A stretch of 64,000 nt of DNA, taken from contig RDEW01000020.1 of the NCBI GenBank assembly GCA_011109175.1, positions 1,059,418-1,123,417 of the forward strand. The letters are read 5' to 3'. Below, piece by piece: positions 1 to 13,650 of this stretch. The notes below the pieces were generated by a model, which was given only the letters and a program-made list of their open reading frames with translations, had not been told where the DNA came from and searched no databases. Both the position numbers and the translations under genes were made by a program. How positions within the stretch are numbered: position 1 is the stretch's first letter; the number at the start of each line of letters is the position of its first letter. This DNA is from Dicyema japonicum (Eukaryota; Animalia; Dicyemida).

Positions 1-123
1 CACAGTCTGAATACTATTCTGAGATTTGACTAGAAAAATAACTATGCTACGAAACCAATTAAGACATATCTAAAAAGCTTTGTGCACCACCAGGGCATGA
101 CGTAAAAGTAGTGGATCTCTCCG

Positions 124-307
124 TACTCTTTGTTCTCTCTCAGACCGTTAAGTAAATTACTCAACCATCACAAACTGTTGAATGTAAAGATAAATGGTTT
201 GCCACAAATCATTTTTACTCTTTGTTCTCTCTCGGACCATTAAGTAGATTACTCAACCATCACAAACTGTTGAATGTAAAGATAAATGGTTTGCCACAAA
301 TCATTTT
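124..307. repeat. Tandem duplication of a ~92-bp unit (2 copies)
   Basis: tactctttgttctctctc...gccacaaatcatttt occurs at 124-215 and 216-307 with a few substitutions. Confidence 0.9.
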
Positions 308-489
308 ATATTTAGTTACGACATTAAGTTCCTTGAATAGTCAAGTGGGTTTGTCTGCATGGTTTTAATCAGTAGCTAAAAATATTAGTTTAGAAATCAA
401 CTATGCCAGATCTGCTACTAATTAACATGGTGATTTAGTAGTTTCTTATAGGAACACGAGGCGTGTGAATATTCCCGTTTATGGAAACG

Positions 490-3429
490 TCAGTTTTCTT
501 TCTATCAAAGTGAGTTCTTTGTCGACGGCAACGTTGTTACGTTGTTCTTTGTCGACCTCGATACGTTGTTTTGTTTAATATAGAGAAGTATGTTTCCATG
601 GCCTGATTAGCCGGTGCCATTTCCGAAGCTCTTAGGATATGTCTAAAGAGCTGTCATTTCGCAGAATTAACTTTGTTCCCAATCTTTGTTGTTTGAGTAA
701 TTCTATATAGCTCGTTGTTGGCTATCCTGTTTGGCCAGTAGACTTCCAAAAGATGTCGCAGTTGTTTTCTGCGGAAAGAGTTAAGGTTTTCCAAGTTTTT
801 GATGGTTAAGCCTCAGGTCCCCGCGTTATAGAGTAAAATTGGTTCGATAAAGGAGTTGTACAACCGAATTCGAAGGGGAGTTTCTATGGACTTTCATCGC
901 ATCCAGATCGACCACAATTTTTTGAAAGAAGCAACCGCCAGAACTTTCTTGTGAATAACGTCCTCCGAGTCCCCGAGGAGAGAATCAACTTTCTTGCATG
1001 TTCTCTAGTATTCCTCGTTTCTCGTCATGCAACGGGATATGCTAGTTCTATCCGTTTTGTCTGGGTTTACAACCAGGGACCAGTCCTCTAAGCCTTGAAA
1101 GATCACTTTTAGTATAGTTTCCAGCGTATCCCTATCCCGGCAGACGAAATTACTTCCATCACGTTAGAGAAACAATTCTTTTTCCGGAGAGGTCTTAGAG
1201 CAGCCTCCATGTATATTATGAATAGGAGCGGGGATAACAAGTTTCCCTGTAGTGCGCCGGTGTCGGTTTTAAATCTTGTTGAGTTGTAATTCCCCACGCG
1301 CACTGATAGCGACGTGTTGGAGAGTAAAAATATGATCATACGTAATGCATCCTCGTATAGAATACTCTCCATTACGTGCATTAGCTTCTTGCGGTTGATA
1401 GTGAAGAAAGCACGAGATAAGTCAATTCCAAGGATTGAGATTTCTTCTCTGTGTATCTGTCACATTGCACACATCTACCTGTGGCTCCATACTACGTCGC
1501 TGTCGACCTCTTAGGTCTGAATCCACATTGACTTGGGTTCAAGAATTCTTTTACAGAGCCTGAAATATGATCCAGCACAACAAGAGAGTATTTTTATCGT
1601 ATTCATTAGTGTAATTGGTTGTAGGCTGTTTAAATTTTTCTGAATTGAGATCAAGATGCCATTCCCCGCATCAAATGGACTATGACATTTGAACGTTCTG
1701 TTCAGGACTGTGCAGATTAACTCAGCCTGTCTGGCGCGTATTTCAATAATTCAGCATTTACGTTGTCCGTTCCAGGGGCTCTGCCATTCTTGAGCATATC
1801 AAAAGCTGGAAAAAAAACTTTGTAATGCGTGATGCATTGATTAAAGTCTCTGGGAATTCCTGCGAACGGTTTTCAGTGTTCAATGAGATTTAGTCGTCCT
1901 TTGTAAAAGGTTGCAATTTTGTTTGCTGATTCCTGGCCGTTGATTATTACTCTGATTCTTTCCGGTCTGGTATTGCGGGATAATTGTTTAACAGCAGCAA
2001 ACATCCTTGCACCATGGTTGTACCGTAGCCAGTTATCCAGTGTATACCTTGCTAGTTTCCTCACTCTTCCCTTTATTTTGTATTTGCTTCTGTTGCGTTC
2101 TCTATTAAGAGACTCAGTTTGGCTTGTCGAGTATGATTCAGCTGCAGAATATGCTCTAGAGCTACTGACGACTCGATTAAGAGTCGGAGTTTCCTTTAGT
2201 TTTTTTGACAGTTCTTTTATTTCTTTGTCAAAAGTTCCCTTGAACCTCCTTGGGCGATTTCCCAGTACCATCCCAGCAGCCTGCCTGACTCTGATAGAAA
2301 TATTCTTCCATAACAGCCCGGGTGACATATTCGTGTCGACATTTTCCAAGTTTCGATATTTTCTCGCCGTACTTTTTAAGGGTATTGTCGGAAGCACATA
2401 GAGCCTCCACGGCCAAGGTCCTGCTCCGCGTACATGGTCGCTTAGAGATTCCAAAACGTCGCTTTAGAATGAGACGTGACACTAGTAGTCTGTGATCACT
2501 CAAGGTCACCATGCCACTGAACGTTCGGGAGTCTGTGAGTAGACCCTTCTGTGTTTGCCTGCATAGTATGTAGTCAATTTGGTTAAATATATGGACTCGA
2601 TTTCCACAGGAGTCTTTCCTCTGCCTCGTCCACGTCGTAATATGTCGTGCTACAAATGAATAATCCAAATGACTCACAGAAATGTATAAGGGCCTCCCCG
2701 GACAGATTTCTGATCCCTCGAGAGTGGCTGCCCTTAGCAAGCTGATTCGTCCCGCTTTTTCCCCACTTTTGAATTCCAGTCATTCGCTATAAAGAGCGTG
2801 TAGGAGCTTGACAGGGAGGAGTAAGCCGATGATAAGGACGAGTAGAAATTGTCAAGTTCCTCTGCGTTGGCGGATATTCTCACTGTGGTCGGTGCATATA
2901 CAATGATAATCGATAGAGTAGTATTATGGTTGTTTCCGAGGCGTAGTTGGAGGATGGCAATCCTGTCGTTAATACCCCATGCTCTATGAGCCACCACAGC
3001 TGCGTCCACGCATATAGCGAACCCCATCCCATAATGCCGACAGTCTGACGGTAACAGGAGCAGCCGATACCCGTTCATTTATTTTATTGAACCAAAAAAC
3101 GACCGTCATATCCAAAATGACAAAATTCAGGTGATCCCAGCTTCCCTCAACAGTCTCCGCATCTTTTCTCTGTGTTCCGACTGCGTTCATGCATATTTCC
3201 GATATGGATGGGGTCCGGATACACGAGCCCTTCGCAGGGGCTATTGTTTCTTCCAGGCCACGTTAGTTTCCTGGAAACAGCATGCATATATTCCATATCG
3301 TTAGAGGTCAGCACATAAGTGTTGTCTTTTTACGTATGATGTTAGTTCTTTCACATTGAATGATCCAATAGTGAATAGGGAAATTTAAATGCATGAAGAA
3401 GACATCCTGTGCATGAAAGGCACGTCACC
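490..3429 (-). mobile_element. RTE-clade non-LTR retrotransposon (APE+RT single ORF), near full length, decayed
   Basis: APE motifs (GMGFA, VYAPT, NDWNSKVG, NQIDYIL, SDHRLL); RT motifs (QGNLLSPLLF); post-RT LYNSFIEPILLYNAGT, GHILR, RGRQR; many frameshifts; colinear with the copy at 48205-50934. Confidence 0.92.
3080..3242 (-). mobile_element. 3' fragment of Ingi/Vingi-like LINE (ORF end ...REKMRRLLREAGIT*) nested in the RTE
   Basis: Absent from the sister RTE copy near 50745; similar to 15475-15597. Confidence 0.8.
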
Positions 3430-3435
3430 ACCTAA

Positions 3436-3655
3436 ACCAAGATATCGAATGGTCGAGGGAATGAAAGAAATAGCAGGTCGTATTTGCAAAACAGGTTATT
3501 CCAAACATTTCCTGTTTAAATACTATATTGGACTGGTTGAGTTTGAACCGGAAGAGTACGCTGAGACGGATCTTTATATACATCGACTGTTGAGGAGGAA
3601 TCATGTCCTTGCTAGGTCGGCAAATATAGACCGACTGTACATGATAGGTCTGTAG
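3436..3655 (+). mobile_element. Fragment of R4/Dong-like RLE LINE (post-RT region)
   Basis: YYIGLVEFEPEEY...RLLRRNHV...NIDRLY matches YIGVVEFEPKEY of the element at 54040-55590. Confidence 0.7.
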
Positions 3656-4628
3656 TAAATGCGAATAAGAGGTTGTTTGAATTATAATAATGAAATTTGA
3701 GTATGAAACAGCAGCATCTGATAAAAAAGTAGCAATCTTAACTGTTGAGGAGTCAGGTAAAACCCATTTAAGTACTATTATCGCATATAATGATAGTAAA
3801 CAGCCCTTCCACTAAAATGTAGTCTCCAATACTCCAATGTTTATGGTAACTTCCTTTAGATCATAAACCAGATCTTTTAGACCATCTTGATGTGTCTGAA
3901 CTTTTCATCAAATTCGCTGTTTAATTTCTTTTGACGATGGATAGGGGAAGGAGCACGAAGTTATCGTCTGCAGTGGTGAATACTTCGCAGATTAGTAGAA
4001 TTGATCGTGGGATATAGGTCAAGGTTAACTCCCAAAGTCAGTTTGTGTAAACTACCACCCCAAGCTATTTCCATAATCTATTAAATGTCTTCCCAAATCA
4101 CTAAAGTTTTTACTATCGGAAATACGAACAAAAAAGATTCGATTATTCAGTCATAGTGCATTATTAAAGAGGATGAATGATCTAGACTAGTGTTTCTTTT
4201 TGAATTAAGTATTTTTAATTATGATATATTTACAAATAAATTTAATTTAAAAAATTTAAATAACAAACAATACAACTTTTGGATGGACTATTATTATTAT
4301 TATTATTTAATGGTTTTATTCAAATCCAAAAAATCCATTTAAACCCTTGTCTTTGAAGTGTGATGTGGATATTTCCTCACGAAGCGATGAAGCTATTAGA
4401 ACACGCAAAACGCAAGAATACTCAATCACAGGGAAAATCTATTGAATTTTTTTCAAGTCTAAAGCAAAACTATATTATGAGCATCAACATAAATCATATT
4501 AACTATAATTCCATTCGTGCCGCGTTTTTTTGATCTCTGATATTAGTCTCTCCCATCTTTTTTCATTCGATACTAAACTCGCAGAATGCTGAGGTCTTCT
4601 GCCTGATCCCCCTTCCGTGTGGTCCAAT

Positions 4629-5300
4629 TCGATTTTAATTATCTTAGGCTAAAAAACTCAGTTAATTATTCAATTGAAAAATCTTATGCAGATCTGAAGA
4701 GCATAGAAATTTCATCAGATCGGTGCAATATAAAAACATTATATTTCAAAAAAAACTTAAAAAATCTGGGATATTAAGTATTCTTGATTTCTATTTTTTT
4801 AATTTTTTTGCCAGAAATTTACTCGTACCTTCAAAATCGTTGCGGAAGCTCAGTCTCAGTTGAATGTGCGATATCTCCTTTGACGAAAATTCTTACAAAA
4901 AATCGAAACTTTAAACTTTTTATTTTTTATAATGCAATTTTTTACAATTAAAAAAAATTTATGCAATTTTTAAATTAAAAATTCCAATTTTCTGGTTTCT
5001 CTGCTAATTAGACTTAAATACATTTTCTATATGATGGGAAAAGCATCACAAACAATTTTTACAGATCGTGCTATTTAATTTTCCTAATATACGTCCGTTT
5101 AAATACATTTTCTATATGACGGGAAAAGCATCACAAACAATTTTTACAGATCGTGCTATTTAATTTTCCTAATATACGTCCGTCTTTCATGAAACATTTG
5201 ATAGAGTTTCTGTATGTTAAAGATCAGATGTTATTATGAGAGGCCTAAGAAGAAATCCAATTCATAACAACAGTGAACGATACAGGATACCGAGGTCATC
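4629..5300. repeat. Dispersed ~650-bp repeat (second copy 12857-13487) with an internal 85-bp tandem duplication (5014-5183)
   Basis: Near-identical runs such as aaaaactcagttaattattcaattgaaaaatc ... cgatacaggataccgaggtcat in both copies. Confidence 0.9.
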
Positions 5301-6304
5301 ANCCCCATATTGTTAAAATGAATGCCCTCTTTATTATCGTTGGTGACTATCTCTTCTAAACTTTTACATAACCAGAGAGATTTCAAAAGTCACATGAATG
5401 TTGTTTTCTTTGAAATGTCAATAGCATTCAATAAATTGTGGTACGAAGCACTACCATGCCGTCTGAAATAAAAGCCCCGTTGGAACTAATTAGGTGGATT
5501 AAGCATCATGGAAAATCAAACTAATAGTTAACTTACATTTCTGACGACTTTTTACCATGATCCGCACTTTTTGTCATGAACCACCTGTCAAAAACTTCTC
5601 CGTCTTTGAGGCGTCTACCGACTACCTTATGGTCTTTATCAAGAAAAGCCGATAGAGCTATCTTCTGTCGTCTACGACGACACGGAGCATCCAGAAGTCT
5701 TCCATGGCCACGCTTGTGGTGGTTCCCAAATGGAAATTCTTATTCATGCATATTACGCCCTAATCTCTGATGCGTCCAAGTCAAGAAAATTGACAATTAC
5801 ACCAAAGACTTGAAAACTCTTAAAACCTAAGAATACAAAAACCATCATTAACTATAAACGTGAAAATAGGATTCTTTTGGGAACGAACACTTTCTAAAGC
5901 TATCCACTCCTTCAACTGTGCAGTACACTTCTTGTGAATTGTCCTATTACTGACAATAAGGATTTTATCTTTTGTACATTTAAATTACTAATCAACTGAT
6001 TTCTGGGAGAATTCATTTTTGTTTATTACTTTACTGTTATCGCCGGTTTCCTTCACTTGAAAGGAGTGGCGCCAAAAAATAATAATTCCATGTTACCTAC
6101 GATGGATGTATGATTTTGATTTCTATAATGTATTCGAATGAGATGCATCGACCAACTGGACTCATTTAGTTAGTCATTATTTTATTAACTACAGTCTTGC
6201 ACTTTTGGTAAGACCAGCACAAACATTCATAAATAATCAAAGGAAAGAACCCAAAGAAGAGCGTCTGCTTTTGCCGAACAAATCCTTACTCTAATAGTCC
6301 ATNT

Positions 6305-6528
6305 GATCCACCTGTCTAGGTGACGCCCAGTGCCAGGCCGGCATGAAAAAGGATCATTTGCTCTTCCCCACTCCACTGGAGGGGTTTCCACAACTGCATG
6401 TAATGGACGTTTTCCCCTTTATGCTGATTCCGGATGGACTCTGTTTTTGTAGAAGTGGAAACTGGATGCACTTAATTAATTGTTTACTTTAACTTTTTTC
6501 TCGGTGTACCAGGGGTTAATAAATAAAA
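6305..6528 (+). mobile_element. LINE 3' end fragment (ORF end ...VEVETGCT*, tail ggggttaataaataaa); second copy 24240-24400
   Basis: Direct similarity between the two copies; A-rich tail. Confidence 0.7.
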
Positions 6529-6652
6529 CGTATAAGTAAGCAGCAAGCTTCCTCAAGAAATTCGGATGCATGGCTTTTCTCAGGACTCACAATGAGTGTG
6601 AATCGCAATAGCTCATACAGTTAGTTTCCATAGCGATCCAGAGGAGAAACTC

Positions 6653-7412
6653 TTAGAAAGTGATTTATGTTTAGTTAAGAAACAATAAATTAGAATTATA
6701 AAGTGCTTCGATGTAGGCATATCAAACCATACCGGTGTTTCATTCATAACTCCAATTTGAGATAAGTCATATTGTTCTTTTTTTTCTCACCTTGATTACG
6801 ATGGATTGAAAGAGAGTTATTTTTTTCTCTAAATCTTCAGGCAGNAGAAAGTGATTTATTTTTAGTTTAGAAACAATAAATTAGAATTATAAAGTGCTTC
6901 GATGTAGGCATAACAAACAATACCGGTGTTTCATTCATATTTTCAATTAGCGATAAGTCATATTGTTCTTTTTTTCTCATCTTGATTACGATGGATTGAA
7001 AGAGAGTTATCTTTTCCTCTAAATCTTCAGACAGTTTCTGAGCAAGTTTAGTTCTTTGTCGTAGCACAAAGTCATTTCTCTTTAAAAACCGTGAATCGGT
7101 AATCTTGCTGTGTTTGGCACAAGCCTAAGCTTGCAGACGAATCATAGTTCTTGTGACGACGAACCCACACTTTCGTTGCTCTGCGACCCAGCATTCAAGT
7201 TCTTGTTCAAGTGCTGGCCACTGGCAGCTTTTCCTTGTATTAGCACATTTGTTTTTTGGCATCACTTCTAGCTGTGTTGCATTACGTTTCCAATTTCTTA
7301 CTAGTTTCTCATTTACGCCAAACGTTCCAGAGTCAGCACAGTTATTAATTTCCTCGCCAAAGTTTACAACCTGCAGTTTAAACTTGGCAGAGTACTTCAT
7401 TCGTTTAGACAT
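6653..7412 (-). mobile_element. pogo/Tigger-type (POGK-like) transposase remnant
   Basis: Brinker-type DBD YSAKFKLQVV...FGVNEKLVRNW; CENP-B HTH WPALEQELECWVAEQR..G..VTR; LRQRTKLAQKL..NMNETP (for GNMDETP); ~190-bp tandem duplication 6653-7030. Confidence 0.85.
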
Positions 7413-7998
7413 GGGTAAGTACAGTCNNNNNNNNNNNNNNNNNNNNNNNNNNNNNNNNNNNTTTTTACACTTGACTGATCGTAACCCAGACCAACCTATA
7501 ACATGTCATGTGATTACATGTCTTCCTGGCATGATTTTTTAAAAGTACAAAGGAACAAAAGTTAAATGGATCACTTATCTCCACCGTTTTTATGACCATG
7601 AGTTTCTGGTCAATGAGATCATTGCATGTGTTAGTTACTTTCAGCAAGTTCTTTCTTTCAGGTTGAAGCGTATAAATGCTTTTGAAACAGACTGGATCAC
7701 TTTCAAATATCCATGTAATATCTTGGATCTAATTGTACATAGTTCTAACTTATAGAAAATTAAACTGACCATTACAAAAGAAATCAAAAAGGAGTCGATA
7801 AGAAAATCAATCATCTACCATTTGAGTAGATGTTTACTAATGTCACTGGTATTAAGATCTACCACATTCCCAAAGCAAATAAGCAATTTCCATCGAGCAT
7901 GGGTACTAGTTTTATGAGATTTTAAGATACAATCGATACTAAAGGCTTGCTAGTTCAAGAACAGTGTTAATTCCATCAAATTTGGAAGTGATAACGCC

Positions 7999-8310
7999 AA
8001 TCACATTTTTAGACAAAATTAAATTTTCATTTTCTTCAGAAAAAAGGGAGGGGGAGATGTCAAGGTCTTCCATTTCATTTTTTTCTCCAAAAAGGGGGAC
8101 CAATGTCAAGGTCGCCCTTTTTTGTCCCTTACAACATTAATCACGTTTTTAGATAAAATTAAAAATTTTGTTTTTCCTCTGAAAAAAAAGACCGATGTCA
8201 AGGTCGCCATTTTTTGTCCCTTGGAACCCCAGTCTCACGATGATTTAGAGTCATAAGTGGGCACTATAACTGCTTAGGTGGTACAATAAGTGCTTAGGGG
8301 GTACTTTAAT
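7999..8310. repeat. Imperfect direct repeats: ATGTCAAGGTC x3, aatcacRtttttagaYaaaattaaa x2, ~20-bp taaNtgcttaggNggtac units
   Basis: Seen directly at ~8057, 8103, 8195; 7999, 8139; 8267-8305. Confidence 0.75.
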
Positions 8311-8679
8311 GCACGAGTAATTTTACATCTTAGATAAAGTGAGTTCTGCCTAAGCTGAGGTTTAATAATAAAAGCATACTACTCTGACCTTCCTCTCTTT
8401 GAAGCAGCGATATTTGTCAAGGTCCAGAAATAGCTGGTGCCTTTTCGATCAGTCATTAAAAGCCATGGCGTTTAAGGTGAGGGTAGAAAATTAAGAATCA
8501 TTAAAACACGCATTTGACATGAGTGCAAGAGAGGGACGTCACCGACTCAACCAAAAAACTATAATAAAAAGATAAAAAACTTCATTAATAAATACCCACA
8601 GATCCCCAACTTTATATTAAATAAAATATTTTATTTAAACTTGTTAGCAAAACTTGAAATGGCGCACTGTTAGAGTACC

Positions 8680-9100
8680 AGACAGAATTGAGATACTTTT
8701 TTCTTAGATTCTCTCTGCTACCCATTCCAGCTAAAAATTCAATGCACCTACGTTGTTTCTTGGCTTGACAAGTGTCGCTGTTATCAATGATAACTCACTA
8801 TGGAAAATCTCGCATCTCAGGCATGCGTCCAGATATAGCTTGATTGCCTGTCCAGGGGGATGTTCAGCAGACTTCGGCATCTTAGGAAGTCTCGGTGACG
8901 TTCCGTAAAATATTCCATGAAAAGAGGACGTTTAGTTTTATCCGTAGTAATTCTTTCGACGATCTCGATAATATTTTGATACATTTGTTTTGTAACACTT
9001 CCAGCTTGCTATGTGCCGATAGTGATTGTGAGGCTATACATGAAGCACAGTCATACTCGATAATCGGTAGAAAAAATTTTTTATATAGAAATTCCACCGA
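8680..9100 (-). mobile_element. Ingi/Vingi-like LINE post-RT fragment
   Basis: LYKKFFLPIIEYDCAS...KLEVLQNKCIKIL thumb-region motif, also seen at 55835-55930. Confidence 0.6.
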
Positions 9101-9339
9101 TGGGAGGGAAGTTACTTGAAATTGTGTAAAAACGTGGAGAATTCCAATTTTCTTGTAGATCTTCGATAATTATTGTAATTAATTTTTTTAATTTTAATTA
9201 ATTAAAAAAAAACATTTTTTTTAATTTGAATAAACACCGGGTAAATAATTTGTTAAGTAGTTGAAAGCTCATTACCAGAAGTTAGAATTACACATATTTA
9301 GAATATCCCTGATTGTATTAGTAACATTAATATTTAGGT

Positions 9340-12300
9340 AAACCTCCTTAATCATTGATTGAACTATTGGATAAAAAGAATGCTGAACCAATTGATGATC
9401 TATTTTTTGCGTTATATAGTGAAATATATGAATGGAATAATGAATGATAACACAGATAATGATACTTTTGTAAGTCTTTTAAAGCAAATATGTCTCCATG
9501 GAGTGGAGAAAAGGTTAATGGAGGTAATTTTAATATATTTGAACGCAGATACCAATGGAGATTATAATGCCATTATACATCGCTTGGGAGTATATTAATG
9601 ATGATAACAAAGGATGCCTGTGTGCCTAATATGTTTGAATACTACTACTGCGGACGGAATTTCACCTGAGGTAAGACATGAGGTGTCGGTATGTTGTCTA
9701 CACTCATTTCTCAAAAAATAAAAGCAATGAAATGCCTTCGTTCGAATTATGAATGTTTTATTATAATTTTTAGCATAAATGTCATTAACTTTTTTGATTG
9801 ACTATGTGGCTGTGTGTGGTCATTCTTTAACATGTGGAAGTGCAATTGAGTGCGATGGAAGTAGTTGTGGTCATTTATTCGAAAAATGATGTATCTTCCT
9901 TTATTCAGCAGGATATTGAGTCTGGTCTCAGTACACTTACTTTTTTGGAGGGGATGCCATTAAAATGATATATGCTCTTGTTATTCAGATATTTCAGTCT
10001 CAATTGTCATTGATCATCCCTTCAATTTGTTGTGCTTTAAATGTACTGCTGTTATAATTTTAAGCGACTATCAAACTCTATTTTCTATAACTGAACATTT
10101 GACTTAATAGCAGCCAGTTTCAAATCAGAATGGTCTGCAGCAGATTTATTACTATGACTTGTTCTTCCCCATTTGTTTTAGTTGTTTTTTTGTATTTTAG
10201 GTGAAATTGTTTTTTAAATTATAATTGCAAATTAGACTTCACTCACATGACTGTTTGATTATGAGCATACAAAGAATGGATCCTCACACTTCATTAAATG
10301 ATGTTGTTATTCACCTAATCATTAGGATTACTTCACTCTCTACTACAAAGTTTTGGATTATCTTAAAGGACAGGTTTGATTTATCCATCATTACAGCCAG
10401 TCTGGAACTTTATGGTTAACAAATAATTTTATATCATCTCACTAAATCGAAATCTACTCAACGACTCCAAGAATTTAACGCATCATTAAACTGCATCGTT
10501 CACCGGTGGACTATCATAATCTTTGTCAGGAAATGTTCTTCGTTAATCTCAATTGCCCGCTCACAGTTTGGTAGATTTTGATTATTAGTAGTAGGTTCAG
10601 AATTGAGTCTCCGATCAAAATGCCCACATCGGGACAATGCATTAAATATATGAGTTGCGTTGTGCAAATATATCACTCAATTTTCCAAAAAAGATATTCA
10701 AAACGCACTAGGGAGCTTACTGCTCGATTCCTCAGCGACTTTACGTGAATGTGTAGTTAAGTTGATCGGAAAATCATAAGAATTAGACCTTCGCTTATTG
10801 CCTCATATTATGATGTGTGGCAGGTCATAGTTTTATTCTTAAATATATTTTAGTATTGTAGTACTATTGTACGAAAGAAGGTAGTAAAACGATTTATTAT
10901 CACCAAAAATACACTGTAATCACCCAATAGTAACAGATATGTGTGTCCATAATGATGAGGACTTCGGTAAGGTAGCAAATATGGATTATAACAGAAATTG
11001 GTGGTTAGTTTTGGGAGTAAAATGAATAATGGTTGTGATTTTTAAATATTTAGATGTCCCTTCTATCTTCTGATTTGTTGGAGACATATCTGAGAAGTGT
11101 AAGTCTTCTTGTTACGGTAGGTGTTGAATCAGACTGGTTTAGCATAACTAATGGTAGACTGTATTATCAGCAATCTTGTATGTGTAAATATATCAGTCTA
11201 CTTTCAAACACTTGAGGTTATATCAAGAATATATCCTACTACTTTTGTGAGACAATTATAGGCATTATCAGAGTATTGTTGTACAAAACACACTGGAAAT
11301 TGTTAGGATTACAATAGTTGTGGTTGAAAACCCATATTATGATATGCTAACACATTTGGAAAGGCAGGTGGTGTTTATATATTGTTGGATTGTTTTGCAG
11401 ACATTTTGATATACCTGACAGTGAGAATGTATTTGATGTGATTTATTTACAAGCTGACAATGAAACTCTGCGAGGGATTGCCGTTTGTACTATTGGTTGG
11501 TTTGCCTTTGTATTTAGGTCTACTGACTCTTCGATGGCCCAAACTTATCCTGTGTGATAAAATGAGACAACTTTACTTGGATATATTGCAATCAGAAAAT
11601 GAAAGCATGTGAGTTCTGGTTCTTGCTTTTACATAATATTATGTTTTAGATAATATTGAATCGTTTATAACTGAAGAGAATGTGTACAAATTTTTAATTA
11701 GCGTAGAAATGAAAGCACAGCGGCACAAATGTACAGTAATTGAGTGCTCAGTAAAAACTACCCTTATAAGAACTTCAATTAATGTACTGTTCAAAGTTAC
11801 CCGTAATGAAGTAGTCCAACCATATTCATTTGAACCTCACTTGATTTACCTTAACACCGATGAGGATGACTGCATCTCTAAAAAGACGATTAATGCAAAT
11901 AAGAGACAAAACTTTGATAAATGTTATATTGATGCTTATTTTAGGTTATTGTAACTGGAGGACTCAATCTTTGTTATGAACACGCACAATCTAGAAAAGT
12001 CAAAGAATGTTTTGCTGTCTTGGCGCATATTTATACCCATTTCAACAGAACATGTGATAGTTTATTTGTTGATAATATTCTGTGTTTGCTCGACGATCAT
12101 TTTTTCATCGATGATAATCTTGTTCACTTGTATTACACCACCGTTGATCAGACGATGCATGTTATTCACCAAATTGATCTCATTTTTTGAGTTTCTGAGC
12201 TATCGCTTGTGGAATCATTATTTGAAGTATTGATATTTGTTATTCTAGAAATTCTCACAATATTCCCTACATTCAGATCTTTTGAATATTTTTACAATTC

Positions 12301-12540
12301 TCAGTCATTTATACTTCTCGTAGAAATGAGAGAGTGGCTAAATAAACTTTTGAAATTCTGAGAAGTTGCTGAATATTTTAGTAAAATTAGCATGTACACC
12401 TACGTTGATATGGAAATTTATTTATAAAAACAGGTTAAACATATTCATAGGTGGAAGTTGTAAAATGTGACAAGTACGACCTCTTTACAAGTGAGCTTTA
12501 GCTTTTCTACGATTTTCAAGTACAGATTAACCCACTAGTT
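9340..12540 (+). pseudogene. NIPBL: Nipped-B-like / Scc2 cohesin loader, HEAT-repeat region, decayed copy
   Basis: LLLDSSATLRECVVKLIGK (cf. RLMDNSTSVREAAVELLG), RPSLIASYYDV, IVRKKVVK, VVQPYSFEPHLIYLNTDED, IDDNLVHLYYTTVDQTMHVIHQID (cf. IADNLACFPYQTQEEPLFIMHHID); many stops and frameshifts; short introns retained; boundaries approximate. Confidence 0.78.
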
Positions 12541-12599
12541 GTGACTTGGGATGAAGTTGTCTCTAAATCCTTCAAAAATAATATCGATAAACTATCTGT

Positions 12600-12856
12600 T
12601 AGGAGCAACAAGAACATACATCCAGTCAGTTGTATTGAAAAGGGCTGTTAATAACCTGATATCTTCTTTAAATGCTGTCACGGTAAAGAACAAAAGACGT
12701 TGTGAAATGATCTCACAAATAGGATATCCACCCTAAGTTGTTGTCACAAGATGGGGAAGCTGGCTAAAAGTATTCAAATATTATTCCCAGAATCTTCCAG
12801 AAGTCATTAAAATTGTTTCTGAATTTGAAGGAGATGGAGTTTTAATCAAAACTGTT
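12600..12856 (+). mobile_element. hAT-related (DUF659/CGGBP-like) transposase fragment
   Basis: VNNLISSL...YPP*VVVTRWGSWLKVFKYYSQNLPEVIKIV: PxxTRWGxWL motif. Confidence 0.75.
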
Positions 12857-13650
12857 TCGATTTTAATTATTTTAGACCAGAAAACTCAGTTAATTATTCA
12901 ATTGAAAAATCTTATGAAGATCTGAACAGCATAGAATTTTCATCAGATCGGTGCAATATAAAAAATTATATTTCAAAAAAACTTAAAAAATCTGGGATAG
13001 TAAGTATTCTTGATTTTTCTTTTTTAATTTTTTCGCCAGAAATATACTCGTACCTTCAAAATCGTTGCCGAAGCTCAGCCTCAGTTGAAAGGGCGATATC
13101 TCCTTTGACGAAAATTCTTACTAAAAATCGAAACTTTAAACCTGAAAATGTTCAGGAGAATTTAATTTCGCATTACACTAAATGATTTCGTTTATTTTTC
13201 CATAATGCAATTTTTTACAATTAAAAAAATTATGCAATTTTTATTTTTAAAATTCCAATTTTCTGGTTTCCCTGCTAATTAGACTTAAATACATTTTCTA
13301 TATGACGGGAAAAGCATCACAAACAATTTTTACAGATCGTGCGTCTTTCATTTTCCTAATATACGTCCGTCTTTCATGAAACATTTGATAGAGTTTCTGT
13401 ATGTTAAAGATCACATGTTATTATGAGAGGCCTAAGACGAAATCCCATTCATAACAACAGTAAACGATACAGGATACCGAGGTCATTAAACAATACCGAG
13501 GTCATCAACGTAGTCATCCACATCTTTTTTGAGTCAACTTCAATAAGTCTGATTTCACTCTTACTTCGCTCTCTGTTGAAGCGCTTAATCCATTCCAACG
13601 ACGTGTACTTAACTTCCAGATGAGCTACAAGTAAATTAAGCATCATGGAA
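12857..13650. repeat. Second copy of the 4629-5300 repeat, continuing into a minus-strand RT-like remnant (DDYVDDLGI)
   Basis: Sequence identity to 4629-5300; YVDD motif near 13500. Confidence 0.75.

Noticed and set aside
1919-2401. Antisense ORFs over LINEs and genes (also 30610-30975, 37134-37478)
   Set aside because: Shadow frames of the real coding strand with no independent motifs
3700-4200. Other coding-like stretches (also 7470-8000, 13700-14200, 17650-17870, 35460-36100, 43600-44090, 57060-57500)
   Set aside because: Probably decayed gene shards, but no family could be recognised, so they are not annotated
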